Below the pieces are notes generated by a model. The model did no database searches and was not told where the DNA came from. It saw only the letters and a program-made list of their open reading frames with translations. The position numbers were made by a program, and so were the translations under genes. Source: the human T2T-CHM13v2.0 reference genome, Homo sapiens. From it: a DNA stretch of 64,000 nt. Where the stretch lies: NCBI RefSeq assembly GCF_009914755.1, contig NC_060934.1; one strand, given 5' to 3'. Below, in pieces: positions 13,255-26,327 of the stretch. The stretch's first letter is position 1, and each line of letters starts with the position of its first letter.

Positions 13255-13437
13255 TTAGTCTTAGGAAAGGCTATTATCCTTTAAACTGTAAACTAAATTT
13301 TCCCCAAAATTAGCTTGGCCCACACCCAGGAATAACCAAGAGCAATTTGGAGGTTAAAGGCAAGATGCAATTGTTAGGTCAATTTCTTTCACTGTCATAA
13401 TTTTCTCATGGTTATAATGTTTGCAAAGGAAGTTTCA
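13255..13437 (-). mobile_element. 5' fragment of an LTR8-family ERV1 LTR
   Basis: Minus strand begins TGAAACTTCCTTTGCAAAC...TTATGACAGTGAAAGAAA...CATCTTGCCTTTAACCTCCAA. Confidence 0.7.
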
Positions 13438-13754
13438 CTATTCGGTAGGGTAACTGCTTACCAAAATATCCAGGCAAGTGAGTGAAATATTTAACAGACT
13501 GAAAATCAATGCAGTCGTTTTTATTATACAAAACTAATGATTGTGGTCATGATATTCAAAATAAGAATTATCTAATAATTTGTTTAAGTACAAATACCCA
13601 TAATGTATGAAATTAATAATGTTTCTTACATGAATTATCTTCTAATAATTTTCTTCTGCAAAAACTTTAACTTTCTTTAAAAATTGGAAACAAAATAATC
13701 AAATTGTGGTCCGACGTACTCAACTAACTTGTAAATAACAGAGATGGAGTGTAC

Positions 13755-13925
13755 AACAGTGGAATAGCCAATACAGTGGACATCAACCTAGGTTCTAATC
13801 TAGATCCTGTTAGAACCTGGTTGTACAAATTTTAGCAAACACTTTCATCTCTCAGATTTTTAACTGGGTAATAAAATTTTGAAAGAATTGAACTCAAAAG
13901 TCTGTTTCAGATCTAAAATTCTAAG
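13755..13925 (+). mobile_element. Degenerate MIR
   Basis: CCTAGGTTCTAATCC core and a TCAGATCTAAAATTCTA-type 3' end. Confidence 0.35.
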
Positions 13926-14227
13926 ATTCTACTTGATGGTAAATATTCTCAAACATTCTTTTCAAGAACAACAACAAAAAAGTCACCCTGAAAAAATTCA
14001 AGTGCTAGAGAGAAATGGTTGCCCAATTTTTTTTTCTTTTTGTAAACAGCTTCTCTATTTAATGTTTTACAGAATTAACTAACTATATAATATAGACTTT
14101 AAAAGATCAATTACGAGAAATAAGACGTAGAAGTTTTTTAATTATCCGTGGTGTTAACCTCAAGGCTCAACTGCTTAGAAACGTTAACATGGTATTTGCA
14201 CAAGCATGTTAGCTGCAGCTGTTACAT

Positions 14228-14245
14228 GACACTAGGGGGAGCTCT
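14228..14245 (+). promoter_or_regulatory. Candidate CTCF binding site
   Basis: GACACTAGGGGGAGCTCT closely matches the CTCF core CCACYAGGGGGCGC; lies in non-repeat, CpG-retaining sequence. Confidence 0.5.
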
Positions 14246-15287
14246 AATACTGTTTTGTTTTATGTTCACTGTGGCTTTAGCGTTTATTTTTAATTTAGTT
14301 GTCATAAATTAATATCTAAATGTAATAATCCTCCAAATACAATAGTACCACCAAAATGAGCGTGCCCAAAGTGTCGATGTAACGTTAAAACTGATAGGGA
14401 AATTTGTCAGCCATTTTCACAAATGTGTCTTTAGAAAACTATGATTCCATGATTATTCAAAACTTCCATGAACTATATACGAACACAGATGTGTGTGAGG
14501 TTGAATATATGTGTATGTATGCATTTTCAATTGACATGTGACATATCCTGAAGACGGTTCTGTGTGCCTTTGAGAAGAATATATATTCTGCTACTGTTGA
14601 ATTTATGTTCCGTAGATATACCTGAGTTCCATTTGGTCTATACAGTTGTTCAAGTTCACTATTTCCTTATTGATTTTCTGTCTGAATGAAATATCGTTGT
14701 TGAAAGTGGTGTACTGAAATCTCTTATTACTATAGTATCGTTGTCTATTTCTCCCTTCAGTTCTGTTAATATTTCCTTCATATTTAATATTTCCTTTATG
14801 TATTCAGGTGTTCTAATGGCAGGTGGATAGACATTTATTTTATATATTTTTATATATTCATATATATGTATTATATCTTACTGATACATTAATCAATTTA
14901 TCATTATATAATGTGTTTCTTTGTCCCTTGAGATAATTTTTGACTTATATATATATATTTTTTCTGATATTAGCATAACCACCCCTGCACTCTTTTGATT
15001 ACTATTTGCGTAGAATATCTTTTTCCATCCCTTCACTTTCAGCCTATGTGTGTCCTTAAATCGAAAGTCAGTCTGTTGTAGACAGCATATAGTTGGGTCC
15101 TGTTTATAATCTTTTCAACCACTAACTGTATGGTGATTGACAAATTTAATCTATTTACATTTAGGTGATTATTGATATGGAAGAACTTACTATTTCAATT
15201 TTGTTAATTATTTTATCTCTGGTTTGTAGTATTTCAGTTTCTCTTTTCCCATCTTGCTGTCTTTGAGTTTTACTGATTTTGAAAAAG

Positions 15288-16468
15288 TTTGTTTAAATTG
15301 TTATGGGTATATAATAATTGTATACATTTATGGGACACATGGGATGTTTTGATATAGGCATACAATGTGAAATGATCAAATTAGGGTAATTGGGAGTAGC
15401 CTTAACTGCAAGCTTTTATCTTTTTGGTATGTAAGGAACATTTTAATTCCACTCTTAGCTATTATACAATATACAAAAATTTTTTTAACTATAGTCAACC
15501 TATTGTGCTACCAAATACCACATCTTAGTCATTCCATTTATGTACCCACTAACCATCCTCACTTTATCCTCAGAAGGGTTCCCCTTTCTCCACAGGCCTG
15601 TTACCTAAAAGACAGGAATTCATTATTGCCTGTCTTTTAGATAAAAGTTATTTTAACTGGTTGAGATATCTCCCTGTTGTTTCGATTTTCATTTTTCTGA
15701 TGATTAGTGATGTAGAGCATTTTTGTATATACGTGTTTGCCATATGTATATCTTCTTTTGAGAAGTATCTATTCAGCTCTTTTTTTTTTTTTTAGATATT
15801 TTGGCCATTTTAAATCAAATTATTTTTTGATCCTATTGTGTTTTTGGGGGGCTCTTTATATATTCTGGTTATTAATCTCTTATCAGATGGGTAATTCATA
15901 AATATTTACTTTCATTCTGTGGGTTGTCTCTTCACTTTCTTGATTGTTTCTTTGCTGTACAAAAGCTTTTTAGTTCGATGTGATCCCATTTGTTCATTTT
16001 TGCTTTGGTTGCTTTTACTTTTGAGGTGCTACTCAGGAAGTCTTTACCCAGATCAACGTCTTAGAGTGTTTCCCCAATGTTTTCTTCTAATATTATTATA
16101 GTTTCAAGTCTTAGATTTAAGTCTTTAATCCATTTTGATTTTTGTATATGGCAAGATACAGGGGTCTAGTTTTATTTTTCTGCACATGGATATCCAGTTT
16201 TCCCACAACAATTTATTGAACATACTGTTATTTCCCCAATGTATATTCTTGGCACTTCTGTTGAAAATGACTTGACTATTAATGTATGGATTTATCTCTG
16301 GGTTCTCCATTGTGTTCCATTGGCCTATGTGTCTACTTTTATGCCATTATTATGCTTTTGGGTTCATTTAGCTTGGGAGTATAATTTGAAGTCAGGTAAT
16401 GTGATTCTTCTAGTTTTGGGTTTTTTTTTTTTTTTTTTGTGCAAAACGGCCTTGGCTCTTCTAGATCT
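15288..16468 (-). mobile_element. 5'-truncated L1MA (3'UTR plus ORF2 end) nested in L1M
   Basis: L1MA-type 3'UTR (GCATACAATGTGAAATGATCAAATTAGGGTAATTGG); ORF2 peptide ENPEINPYI...WENWISMCRKIKLDP. Confidence 0.85.
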
Positions 16469-17410
16469 GATTCTCTTTTCACTGTTTTTTTTTTCTGTAT
16501 GTGTTTTTATATTGTGGTTATTATGAAGTATTCCATAGACATCTTATAGTTATAAAAGCCTATTTTAAGCTAATAGCAAATTATCATCAATAATGTACAG
16601 TCTACAATACAATATACTTCCTTGTCATACTTTATGTTTTTGATGTCACAATATACACCTTTCGACAAGGTAAGTCCATTAACACATTTTTGTAATTAGT
16701 TGCTTTTTATATTTTTGGATTTTTAACTTTTATACTACAATTAAAAGTGATTTCTACACCATCATTACAGTATTACAATATCCTTTATTTGTTTACATGA
16801 TAACCTTTACTAGCAATTGTTACCCTTTTAACACTTTCCTGTTTCTGTTTACTATCCTTTAGTTTTAATATAAAGAACTTGCTTTCACATGTTTTGCAAC
16901 TCATTTTTAGTGGTAGTGAACAAACTCAGCTTTTTTTTTTAGGAAAGTCTATCTCTCATTCATTTTTGAAAGAATATTTTGCTGGGTATAGATCCATAGT
17001 TGGCAGATTTGTCTTGTTTTTTCTTTTAGTACTTTGAATAAATCATCTAATTCCCTTCTGTCAGCAGAGTTTCTGCTGAGAAATTCACTGATAGTATTAT
17101 GGGAGCTCCTTTACACATAATAAATCTATTTTCTCTTGTGCTTTCAAAAGTATCTCTTTATCTTTGAATTTGACATTTGATTATAATGCATCTTAGTATA
17201 AACATTTTGGTTTACCCTAATAGGACAAATTTGAGCTTCATAAATATGGATGTCTATTTTCCTCCCCAGATTTTGAGAATCTTAGGCCATTATTTTTTAA
17301 AATAAGTTTCTGGCTTTTTCTGCCTTTTCTTTCTGGAATGTCACATATATATTGTTTCCTTTTATTTGTTATGTCCCATTAATCCCATAACTATCTTTAT
17401 TGTATTTTAT

Positions 17411-17735
17411 TTCTTCTTCTTCTTCTTCTTCTTCTTCCTCTTTTTTTTTTTTGACATGGAGTCTCTCTCTGTCACCCAGTCTGGAGTGTAGTGGTGCGAT
17501 CTCGAATTACTGCAGCCTCTGCCTCCCGGACTCAAACTATTCTCGTGCCTCAGCCTCCAGCGTATCTGGAATTACAGGAATGTGCTACTGTGCCCAGCTA
17601 ATTTTTGTATTTTTAGAAGAGATGGGGTTTCGCCATGTTGGCCAGGCTGGTCTTGAACTCCTGACCGTAGGTGATCAGCCCTCCTTCGCCTCCCAAGGTG
17701 CTGGGATTACAGTTGTGAGCCACCACACCTGGGCC
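17411..17735 (-). mobile_element. AluS with (TTC)9 in the tail
   Basis: Alu dimer; tail has (TTC)9 at 17411-17437 followed by a T run. Confidence 0.92.
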
Positions 17736-17935
17736 TTTTTTGCTCTTCTGACTGGATAATTTTAAATTATCTGTCTTTGAACTTGCTGATACTTTCTTCA
17801 GTTTTATCAAGTCTGCTGTTGAAACTGTCTCTTTGATTTTTCAGTCCAGTTATTGTATGGTTTCTATCTCTTTATTGATAGTCTCATTTTGTTCATGGGT
17901 CTTTTTTCTGATTTTGTTGAGTTGTAGGTCACTGA

Positions 17936-18212
17936 AACAGTCATGGCTCACTGCAGTCTCAACCTACTGCAGTGATCCTGCAGGGCTCCAGTGATCCTCC
18001 CACCTTAGTCTCCCAAGTAGCTGAGACTACAGATGTGTGCCACAACAGGTGTGCCACAACATTCAGCTAATTATGATTATTATTATTTTTCTTGTAGAGA
18101 TGAGGCCTCAATGTGTTGCCAAGTCTGGTCTCAAACTCTTAGCCTTAAGAAATTCTCGTGTCTCAGCCTCCCAAAGGGCTGGGATTACAGGCATGAGCCA
18201 CAACAGCTAGCC
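17936..18212 (-). mobile_element. AluJ lacking its 3' end and tail
   Basis: J-type arms; flanked by TCACTGA at 17929-17935 and 18213-18219. Confidence 0.8.
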
Positions 18213-20754
18213 TCACTGAGCTTCTTTAAGGTAATTATTTTGAATTCTTTCTCATGCAAACCATAGTTCTTCATTTCTTTACAGTCTGTTACTGGAGGTT
18301 TATTTTTCCCTTTGGTAGTGTCATCTTTTCTTGATTCTTGGTGGTTCCAGTAGCTTTGCATTTGCATCTACACATTTAAAGAATCACTCACTTCTTCCAG
18401 TCTTTATCAGCTGGTTTCAGCGGAGAAACTCTTTTACCAATCAGCCTAGCTGGAAGCTTCTCAAATATTTTCTGTGGCTGTACACATTCCACTCCTTTTC
18501 TATTCTTGGTGGACACATTTCAGGGTTGTGCCTCTTCTCCCAATCTCAACATGTTGTGCTGGTCACAGTAAGTCATCTTCATGAAAGGAATGCACTGGAA
18601 TGGTGACAGGCTGGGTGCAAGTTCCACTTCTTTCTCTTCCTCCTGAAGGGTAAGACTCAGGATTGTAAACTTTCTCTTTATGTCACAGTGCCATACAGAC
18701 TTGAAAGCTTCTTGCCCCATTTCCCTAGTGTAGCTCCACTTTTCTCCCTTCTTCCTGAATACAGAATCTAAAATATTTGCATCTTCTTTCCATCCCACAG
18801 TGCTATGCTAGCTGCTGAGAGACTCAGCACGTTTCTTTGGTGTTAGCTTCCCCGAGGCATTCTATTACTGGTTCCCTGACTGCTTGGAGTTGAGGTAAAA
18901 CAAAATTAGGATTACTGGGGAGAACCCCAAGCCTGGGAATGTCAGATGGACTCTTCCCTGAGTCTTTCCCCCAAGGGAGAAATGTTGAGCCTAATGAATT
19001 TCTTTTGTCACTGAGCCAGAGTGGCTTGTGGGAGAGGTTGACACAGATAAACTAAAATTGTTCCTTTCATCCATTTCAGAAAGATTTTTCTAAGTTTTTC
19101 ACCTTTCGAGGCTGTTTCAAGTTCTTAATTGGATTTTACAGGTTTTATAAAGGTATTTTGGCCCAAATAGCATTGTTTTATCAGTGTTTATGTGTGGAGA
19201 TGAGTGCTAAGACTTCCTACTCTGCCATCTTGCTGATATCACTCTTCAGCAAACATTTTTATTTATAATGATTTTTTATATTAGCTAGAAATTTACCAAT
19301 TCTTTAGTTAATTTATCTGTTTTTAAAAATTTCTTTGTCAATTTTTCTATTGAGTTTTTTTATCGAATTGTATAAGTTCAGTCTTAGATCATTGATTCTA
19401 GACTTCAGGTGTTATATAATTTAGTAATTGAGATTTTGATTTATTTTCACATCAAAATTTAGAATAAATATGTAGTGAAGTATGGAAATCTTTTAGCATA
19501 TGGCTTCTGGGCAATAGTTTCTTTGACTTTATATGCAGAAAGGAAATTGGACTCTTTAATTTGATTTTTAAATGAACCCTGAAATTGAACATTAAACTAT
19601 AAAAGAAATCCTAATAGGCTGCATTATTCTTCTTACTTTCTTCATTAGCATAACATTTAACAATAGTAATTTAATAAATATCTGATTCAATACAATTTGA
19701 ACACTATATCATGAACTGTATTTAGAAATTGCCAGTAACACTTTTACTAAACAATCTATAGTCATTTTTCAAAACATCAACTCTTTTTTACAAATTTTAT
19801 CTCATGTCATACGTAGAGTCCTTTTAAAAATAGGGTTAGCAAAAAGGACTTGGTTGCTTTTTTATGCGATGTTTGAATGCAGTCATCTCTGAGACTGGCC
19901 TGACTGCTTGATGACTTTCTGTATGCAGTTTTCTGAGTCACTCATGTTAAGCTTTAAACTACTTAAGTTTTTTTTCTGAGCCTGAGAGGAAGAGAAGACA
20001 TCTGGTCACCAGCCTTTACATAATTAGCCTTTATATTAGAATATTAGAAGACTGCCTTTGCCTTCTGCTTATGTTGAACCATTAAAATCCAATTTTTATA
20101 TCTCCTTACCACGAAATGTATAAGAACAAATTCTTATTGCCATGGTGGCTTGATATATGTAATAGGGGAGAAACAATGTTAAGAAATGGGAAAAAGCTGA
20201 CTACCAGAGAGTTTTATAACTTATCATAAATCCCACAGCAATGCATATATTGTTAATCTGTCAAAAGCTCAGATTTAAATATAATGGAATCTCCAAATAA
20301 AAAGAAATGTAAAGAAAATTGGATTTGCAATGTCTTAATATTTATGTAAGGAATAGGAGACGTAAACATTGTCATTTCTAAGTCCCCCTACTATACAACC
20401 ACAAGAAAGACTTATTCAACATTTCTCTTTTTTTTATGGATGACTGACCTTCAAAGTTAGGAATTATCGAGAAAAGAATTTATGCAAAAAATCGGGTCAT
20501 CTGGCATTTGCAAGAATTGCAAGCAGAAACAAACTTCAGAGTACCAAATATTTAAAAACAGCATTAGCCAGCCTAATTAAGCCAGATTGATACTTAAACA
20601 AATACTGAAAATTAGAATGGAACAAAAATGTATTTCAGCGAAGTGCTGTTCCAAGTATAATGCAGTTACTCCTGTGGCAGCCCATAAAATGTTTGATAAT
20701 AGAATCTGTTTGGCAGAAGGTTTGCTTAGAGAGGAAATATACCCTAATAAACTT

Positions 20755-20950
20755 GCTCTAGTCAGTTGGAATCCCTGGGAAACAGACCCTAAAATAGAGA
20801 TTAGCATTCAGGAGTTCTATTCGAAGTGTTCTTAAGATCAATGTCTATGAGTAAAAGAAAGGAAGGAAAGATAGGGCAGAGGATGAAGTGAAGCAGTAAG
20901 AACATTTTATGGAATACCTCAGCCAACCCTATGAATAACTCAATTTGGAA
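20755..20950 (-). mobile_element. ERVL LTR fragment (LTR16-like)
   Basis: CCCTGGGAAACAGACCCTAAAATAGAGATTAGCATTCAGGAGTT...GATCAATGTC matches a reversed LTR16-type 3' end. Confidence 0.5.
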
Positions 20951-21825
20951 TAACTTTTCAAAAATCTTTACAAAATGTGTTTTATTTATGTTATTTACAA
21001 GAAATGTGTCAGACACAATTTATATTCCTTCTAAGATTCAATCAGCCCCATTCACCTGAAATGCCCAAAGCCAACTGCAAATGCTTCATTTCCTGGTATC
21101 ATCAGTTTATTCTTCCTCTTACACTGAGAAGAGGCATCAGAAAACCATTCATTGTAATAGATTCCTTTTTTTCTCAGGCCCTTAAATCTTTATTAGCGGT
21201 CAGTAATTTTATGAATGGGAAAACCAAATTTCAGGGTTTAAAAGGTTTTTCCAAAATAGAATTTCTATGGAACTTTATCTGTTTGACTTCAGTAACTTGT
21301 TATCTCCTTGATATATTCTTCACTGTTATCATAAGTTATTACTAATGTTATATGACAGACATTTTTTTTTGTATTAAACTCCAGAGGCCTACAAGGAATG
21401 ATGCCACTTCTAAAAAGATCATCAAATAAATTAACTCGAGATAGAGTATTTTCATTTACAGAGGGAAAAATTTTTCTCTTTTAGTTTCAGATTCCACATA
21501 AAATCTAACGAGTGATGTCACAATTTTAAAAATAAAAAGATATAAATGAAAAGCAGTAAATATTCTAAATTTTTCTTAAGAAATGGCTCAAGAATACCAA
21601 ATGCATTGAAGTAAGACTTAAAGCTGCACTCACCTGATTCTCTTTGTAAAATAGTAATAATCATGTGGATTAACTCATAGAATAATGCATTTTTAAGAAT
21701 CATAAGCTGAATAATTTTAACGAAAAAGAATAGGATTGAAGAATAAGTACATCACACATTTTAAAGGCAAGTAGAGATTTTTGGAAAATATCTACTCATT
21801 TACATTTTTACATTGTTTATATTGG

Positions 21826-22283
21826 GTGTAGTAGTTATCTAGTCCCCAAAAATGACATAAACAATAACAATTTATTAACTCACAGTGGGTAACTCTATAG
21901 AAATTTGGGGATAGTTTAAGTGGGTTGTTCTACTTCAAAGTCTCTCACATTATTTCAGTTAAGGTGTAAGCCATGGCTACAGTCATCTAATGATTTGACT
22001 TGGACTGGAAGATCTACTTCTAATAGGGCTCATTTACACGGCTGTGACAAAATGCCTCCATCTCTTATGACTTGGCGGCTGGCTTCTTCTAGTGTAAAAG
22101 ATTAAAAGAGAGAGCAACATGGAAGCTTCATATCTTTTATCAGTCAGCTTCTGATGGCACACTCCAATACCATTTCATATTGATTATACAAGTTGTCCCT
22201 ATTTTATACGGGAAGACTATAGATGGGTAAAAATAGCAGGAAATAGTGACCATGGAGTGATTTTTTAGAGAATAGCTACTGCA
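21826..22283 (-). mobile_element. MaLR LTR (MLT1F/G-like)
   Basis: CAATTTATTAACTCACAG...GGCTACAGTCATCTAATG...GGACTGGAAGATCTACTTC...GCTACTGCA. Confidence 0.6.
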
Positions 22284-22697
22284 AAGATTTGCAAAATAAA
22301 ATATTTCCTTACTTTAAGTCACAGTCTAACTTATTTTAAAAAACATAATGTACAGCTTTTAGAATCAGAAGACTTCAGTGTGAAAACTAACTTTTTCATC
22401 AGAAGGAAATTATTTAATCTTTAGGCTTAATGTTCTCATTAGAAAAATGGAAGTTGAAATATTTGCCCTTCTTTTTCTGAGTTGATAATGGTCCTTTTAA
22501 CCAAGATTAAGGATAAATGTCACAGATTAAAATTAGTTTGTTCCCTTATATTCTCTAGAATACTATTAGCACTATTCATCCTTAAGTAAAACTTTTATGG
22601 AGGACACACTTTGGTTTTCTTATTGCACAGAGGATTCAATGCAAAACAGCAAATTTATAATTTTAATAACTAACATGGGAAAATATGCTGCTTTTTA

Positions 22698-24829
22698 TAT
22701 TCAGGATTTTTTATTCATACATAAAAAATTGTACAAATGTATGGGGTACATGTGATATTTTGATATATGCATACAATGTGTAATGATCAAATTAAGGTAT
22801 TTAGAATATCCATCACCTCAAGCATTTATCAATTATTCATATTGGGAACATTTCAAGTCTTCTAACTGTTTTAAAATATGCTATAAATTATTATTAACTA
22901 TAATTATTCACTGATAATAACTATATTATTAACTTATTCCTTTAATCTAACTGTATATTTGTATTCATTAACAAATGTCTCTTCATCCCCCCTTTTACTC
23001 TTCCCTGACTCTGGTAACTGTCATTTTACTTTCTAACTCCATGAGATCAAATCTTTAAGTTCCACCAGATGAATGAGAATGTGCAATATTTGTCTTTCTG
23101 TGTCTGGCTTATTTCACTTAGTGAACTCCAGTTCCATTCGTGTTGCTGCAAATAACAAGATTTTATTTTATTTGTGACTGAATAATACTCCACTTGCATA
23201 TATACCACATTTTCTTTATCCATTCACCCACTGATGACACTTAGATTGGTACCATAACTTGGCTCTTATGAATAGTGCTACAATAAGCATTTAATATATC
23301 AATTTCCTTTCCTTTGGATAAATACCCAGTAGTGAAATTCCTGGAGTGTATGGTAGTTCTATTTTAAGGTTTTTGAGAAATCTCCATATTGGTTTTCATA
23401 ATGGCTGTACTAATTTACATTTCCATCAACAGCAGTATGTAACAGTTCCTTTATCTCCACGTCCTTACCAGTGTTGATTTTTTTTTCTTTTTAATGATAA
23501 CAATTCTAGTTGGGGTGAGATGATATTTTATTGTGGTTTTGACTTGCATTTCTCTGATGATTAGCAATGTGGAGCCTTATTTTTCATACACCTGTTGGCC
23601 ATCCATATGTCTTCTTCTGGAAAATGTGTATTCAGATCCTTTGCCCACTTTTTAATGAGGTTATTTGTTTTTTGCTGTTGAGTTTTTTGAGTTCTTTGTA
23701 TATTCTGAATATTAGTCCCTTGTTGGATAAATGGTTTGCAAATATTTTCATGCATTCTTCAGGTGGTTTCTTCACTCTATTAATTGTTCCCTTTTCTCTG
23801 CAGAAGCGTTGTAGTTTAACATAGGCCCATTTGTCCATTTTATTTTTATTGCCTGTATTTTTGAAGCTTTAAGCCATAAAACCTTCACCTAGATCAACAC
23901 CCTGAAGTGTTTCCCTTACATTTTCTTCTAATAGTTTTATGTTTTTATGATTTATGCTTAATTATTTAATCCATTTTGAATTGATTTTTGTATAGGTGAG
24001 AAATATGTGTCTCATTTCATTCTTCTGCATATGGATATCCAGTTTTCCAAGCATCGTTTATTGAAGAAGATGTCCTTTCTCCAGTATATATTCTTGATGC
24101 TTTTGTCAAAATCACCTGGCAGCAAATATGTAGATTTATTTCTGTGTTCTGTATCCTGTTCCATTAGTCTATGAGTCTGTTTTTATACTAATGCTATGAT
24201 ATTTGTAGTATTATAGCTTCATAGTATATTTTAAGGTCAGGTAGTATGATACTTCCCTGTTTTTTTCCAAAATGCTGCAGCCCTCTGGGTGAACATTGTG
24301 GTATGTCAGCAGGGATCCAGGAATGTAGGGATGTAGGGACTATTCAGCCTTTAGGAAAAATGTAGCCTAGCAGGGGCTGGGCTCTCAAAATGGTGGTTTG
24401 CTGTAGTTGCTTGGGTCCAGGGGGTGCGTGGGACCCAGGGGGAACTCCTTCTCTGGAACAATTATGTGGACTCCTGGCAGCTCCCAGTACTGGTCTCAGA
24501 GCCCTTGAGGGGCAAGGGGACTTCCAGTGCCTAGAATTGCAGGGGTTCATAGTGGGTATGTGGACCACTGGGAATCTCTTGCTTACCTTTTCCCTGCAAT
24601 GGGGAGTTTCCTTTGTCAGCTGATCCTGATCAGCCCAGCTGCTTTGTTTCCCTATTCTCCCATCCCTCCGATGTTTTCTGTCATTTCCCTGCTGAATTCT
24701 ACTGCTCTCTCTTAGATGCTCTGTTCCGCCTGTGATTATCTACTCACTGCTTTGGTTCTTCTTTGTGGAGGATGTGAATGTCAGGCACCTCTAGTCAGTC
24801 ATCTTGAAGCCCTCATCTGGCCTCACCTC
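22698..24829 (-). mobile_element. L1MA with both ends but most of the body missing (5'UTR joined to ORF2 3' part)
   Basis: 5' end GGGCTTCAAGATGACTGACTAGAGG on minus (~24790-24812); 5'UTR-like to ~24272; ORF2 3' part and 3'UTR 22705-24270; 16-bp TSD (14/16) at 22682-22697 and 24830-24845. Confidence 0.85.
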
Positions 24830-25138
24830 AACATGCTGTTTTTTAAGATCCACATTTAATCTGTTTTTTTCTTCATCCTACTGGACTTCTTATATTTTTG
24901 GTACATCTGATTTTATATCCCAAATAAAAATCTGTTACTGAAATTTGAACATACATTTTGTATGGGATTTGACTAATACATTAGCATCCGTAGACACAAG
25001 GTCTATTTACTTTTGCTTGAGCCACTAGTAAATGGCATATCATTATATAATTTACTAAAATATATTTATACTTTGTGGCATGAAAAATTAGTAAAGTATA
25101 AAAAGAAAAAGAAATAGACGAAGAATTTACATTATTTG

Positions 25139-25436
25139 GGCCAGGCATGTTGGCTCATGCCTGTAATTCCAGCACTTTGGGAGGCCGAGGCAGGCAGATC
25201 ACTTGAGGTCAGGAGTTGGAGATGAGACTGGCCAGCATGGTGAAATCCCATCTCTACTAAAAATACAAAAATCAGCTAGGTGTGGCATCACTTGCATGTA
25301 GTCCCAGTTATGCAAGAGATTGAGGCATGAGAATCTCTTGAACTCAGGAGGCGGAGGCTGCAGTGAGCTGAGATCGCACCAATACATTCCAGTCGGGGCA
25401 GCAGAGTGAGACTCTGTCTCAAAAAAAAAAAAAAAA
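25139..25436 (+). mobile_element. AluS (Sx/Sz)
   Basis: Full dimer; perfect 18-bp TSD AAGAATTTACATTATTTG at 25121-25138 and 25437-25454. Confidence 0.95.
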
Positions 25437-25749
25437 AAGAATTTACATTATTTGGACAATTATCCTGCTATTTCCACCAGGACTCCCTAAGTTAGTAAAC
25501 ATTATATTGTTGATGATGTAATTTAAAATATTTCATTATCACTATAAGTTAACTAATCTATGCCCCAGGGAAACATATTTAACATTTACTTAGTATTTGA
25601 AGGCCTCTAGAAAGAAATACAACCCGAAGATATCTCTACATTAAGCATCAAAGCGGTCACTGATCAATAAAAATAATACCCAGAATTTTTTTTTTTTGGT
25701 AAAATGAGTGATATTTAAGAAAATGTGATTGAAAAGAATGTATAATCCT

Positions 25750-26082
25750 TAGGACCTTTGCCTAGTTTCCGCTACTTGGAATGTTCACCGCTGCTAATTT
25801 TCTCATCTCATTCAAATCGTTGTTCTAAGATTATTTTCTCATTATAAAAGACTTTGAACTTCCTATTTTAAATTCTACTATAAATTCTCCCTAGCAATCT
25901 GAGTCCTCCTTACCCAGTTCTCTTTTTTTCTAATATACTTCTTAGTTTATTTTCTGACTCTTTCCTGTAAGCTTTACAAGTGTATACATTTTTTTTTCTC
26001 CTTTTTAATGCTGATCCCCATTTTCTAAAACACTGCCACTCAGTGACTGGTTAGGAAGCACTTTTGGATCAATAAATGAGAG
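25750..26082 (+). mobile_element. L2 3' fragment
   Basis: AGGACCTTTGC...TGGAATGTTC...TCATTCAAAT, ending ATCAATAAATGA. Confidence 0.5.
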
Positions 26083-26136
26083 AGTGCTACTTCCCTTTCT
26101 TCTCACTTTACTATTACAGTTTTTTATACCTAAAGC

Positions 26137-26138
<2 letters not shown>

Positions 26139-26180
<42 letters not shown>
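26139..26180. repeat. (TG)21 microsatellite
   Basis: Uninterrupted TG run. Confidence 0.98.
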
Positions 26181-26184
<4 letters not shown>

Positions 26185-26327
26185 GTATCTATAATTTGTG
26201 GAGGTTTTCTTTTCTTCCACTTTAAAGTTGTATTTTATTATTACGTCCATGATAAATTTTCCTGTTTTACAAATATGCCTCAAGGTAATAGACAGTAATT
26301 GAACTTAGTATCTTTTATCTCATAAAA

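Larger units (their letters stand above)
14532..19244 (-). mobile_element. Old L1M: 5'UTR, ORF1, spacer and ORF2 start, with nested insertions
   Basis: 5' end GAGTGATATCAGCAAGATGGCAGAGTAGG on minus; ORF1-like EKEFKIITLKKLSE (~18220-18260); endonuclease-region sequence at 14540-15200. Confidence 0.8.
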
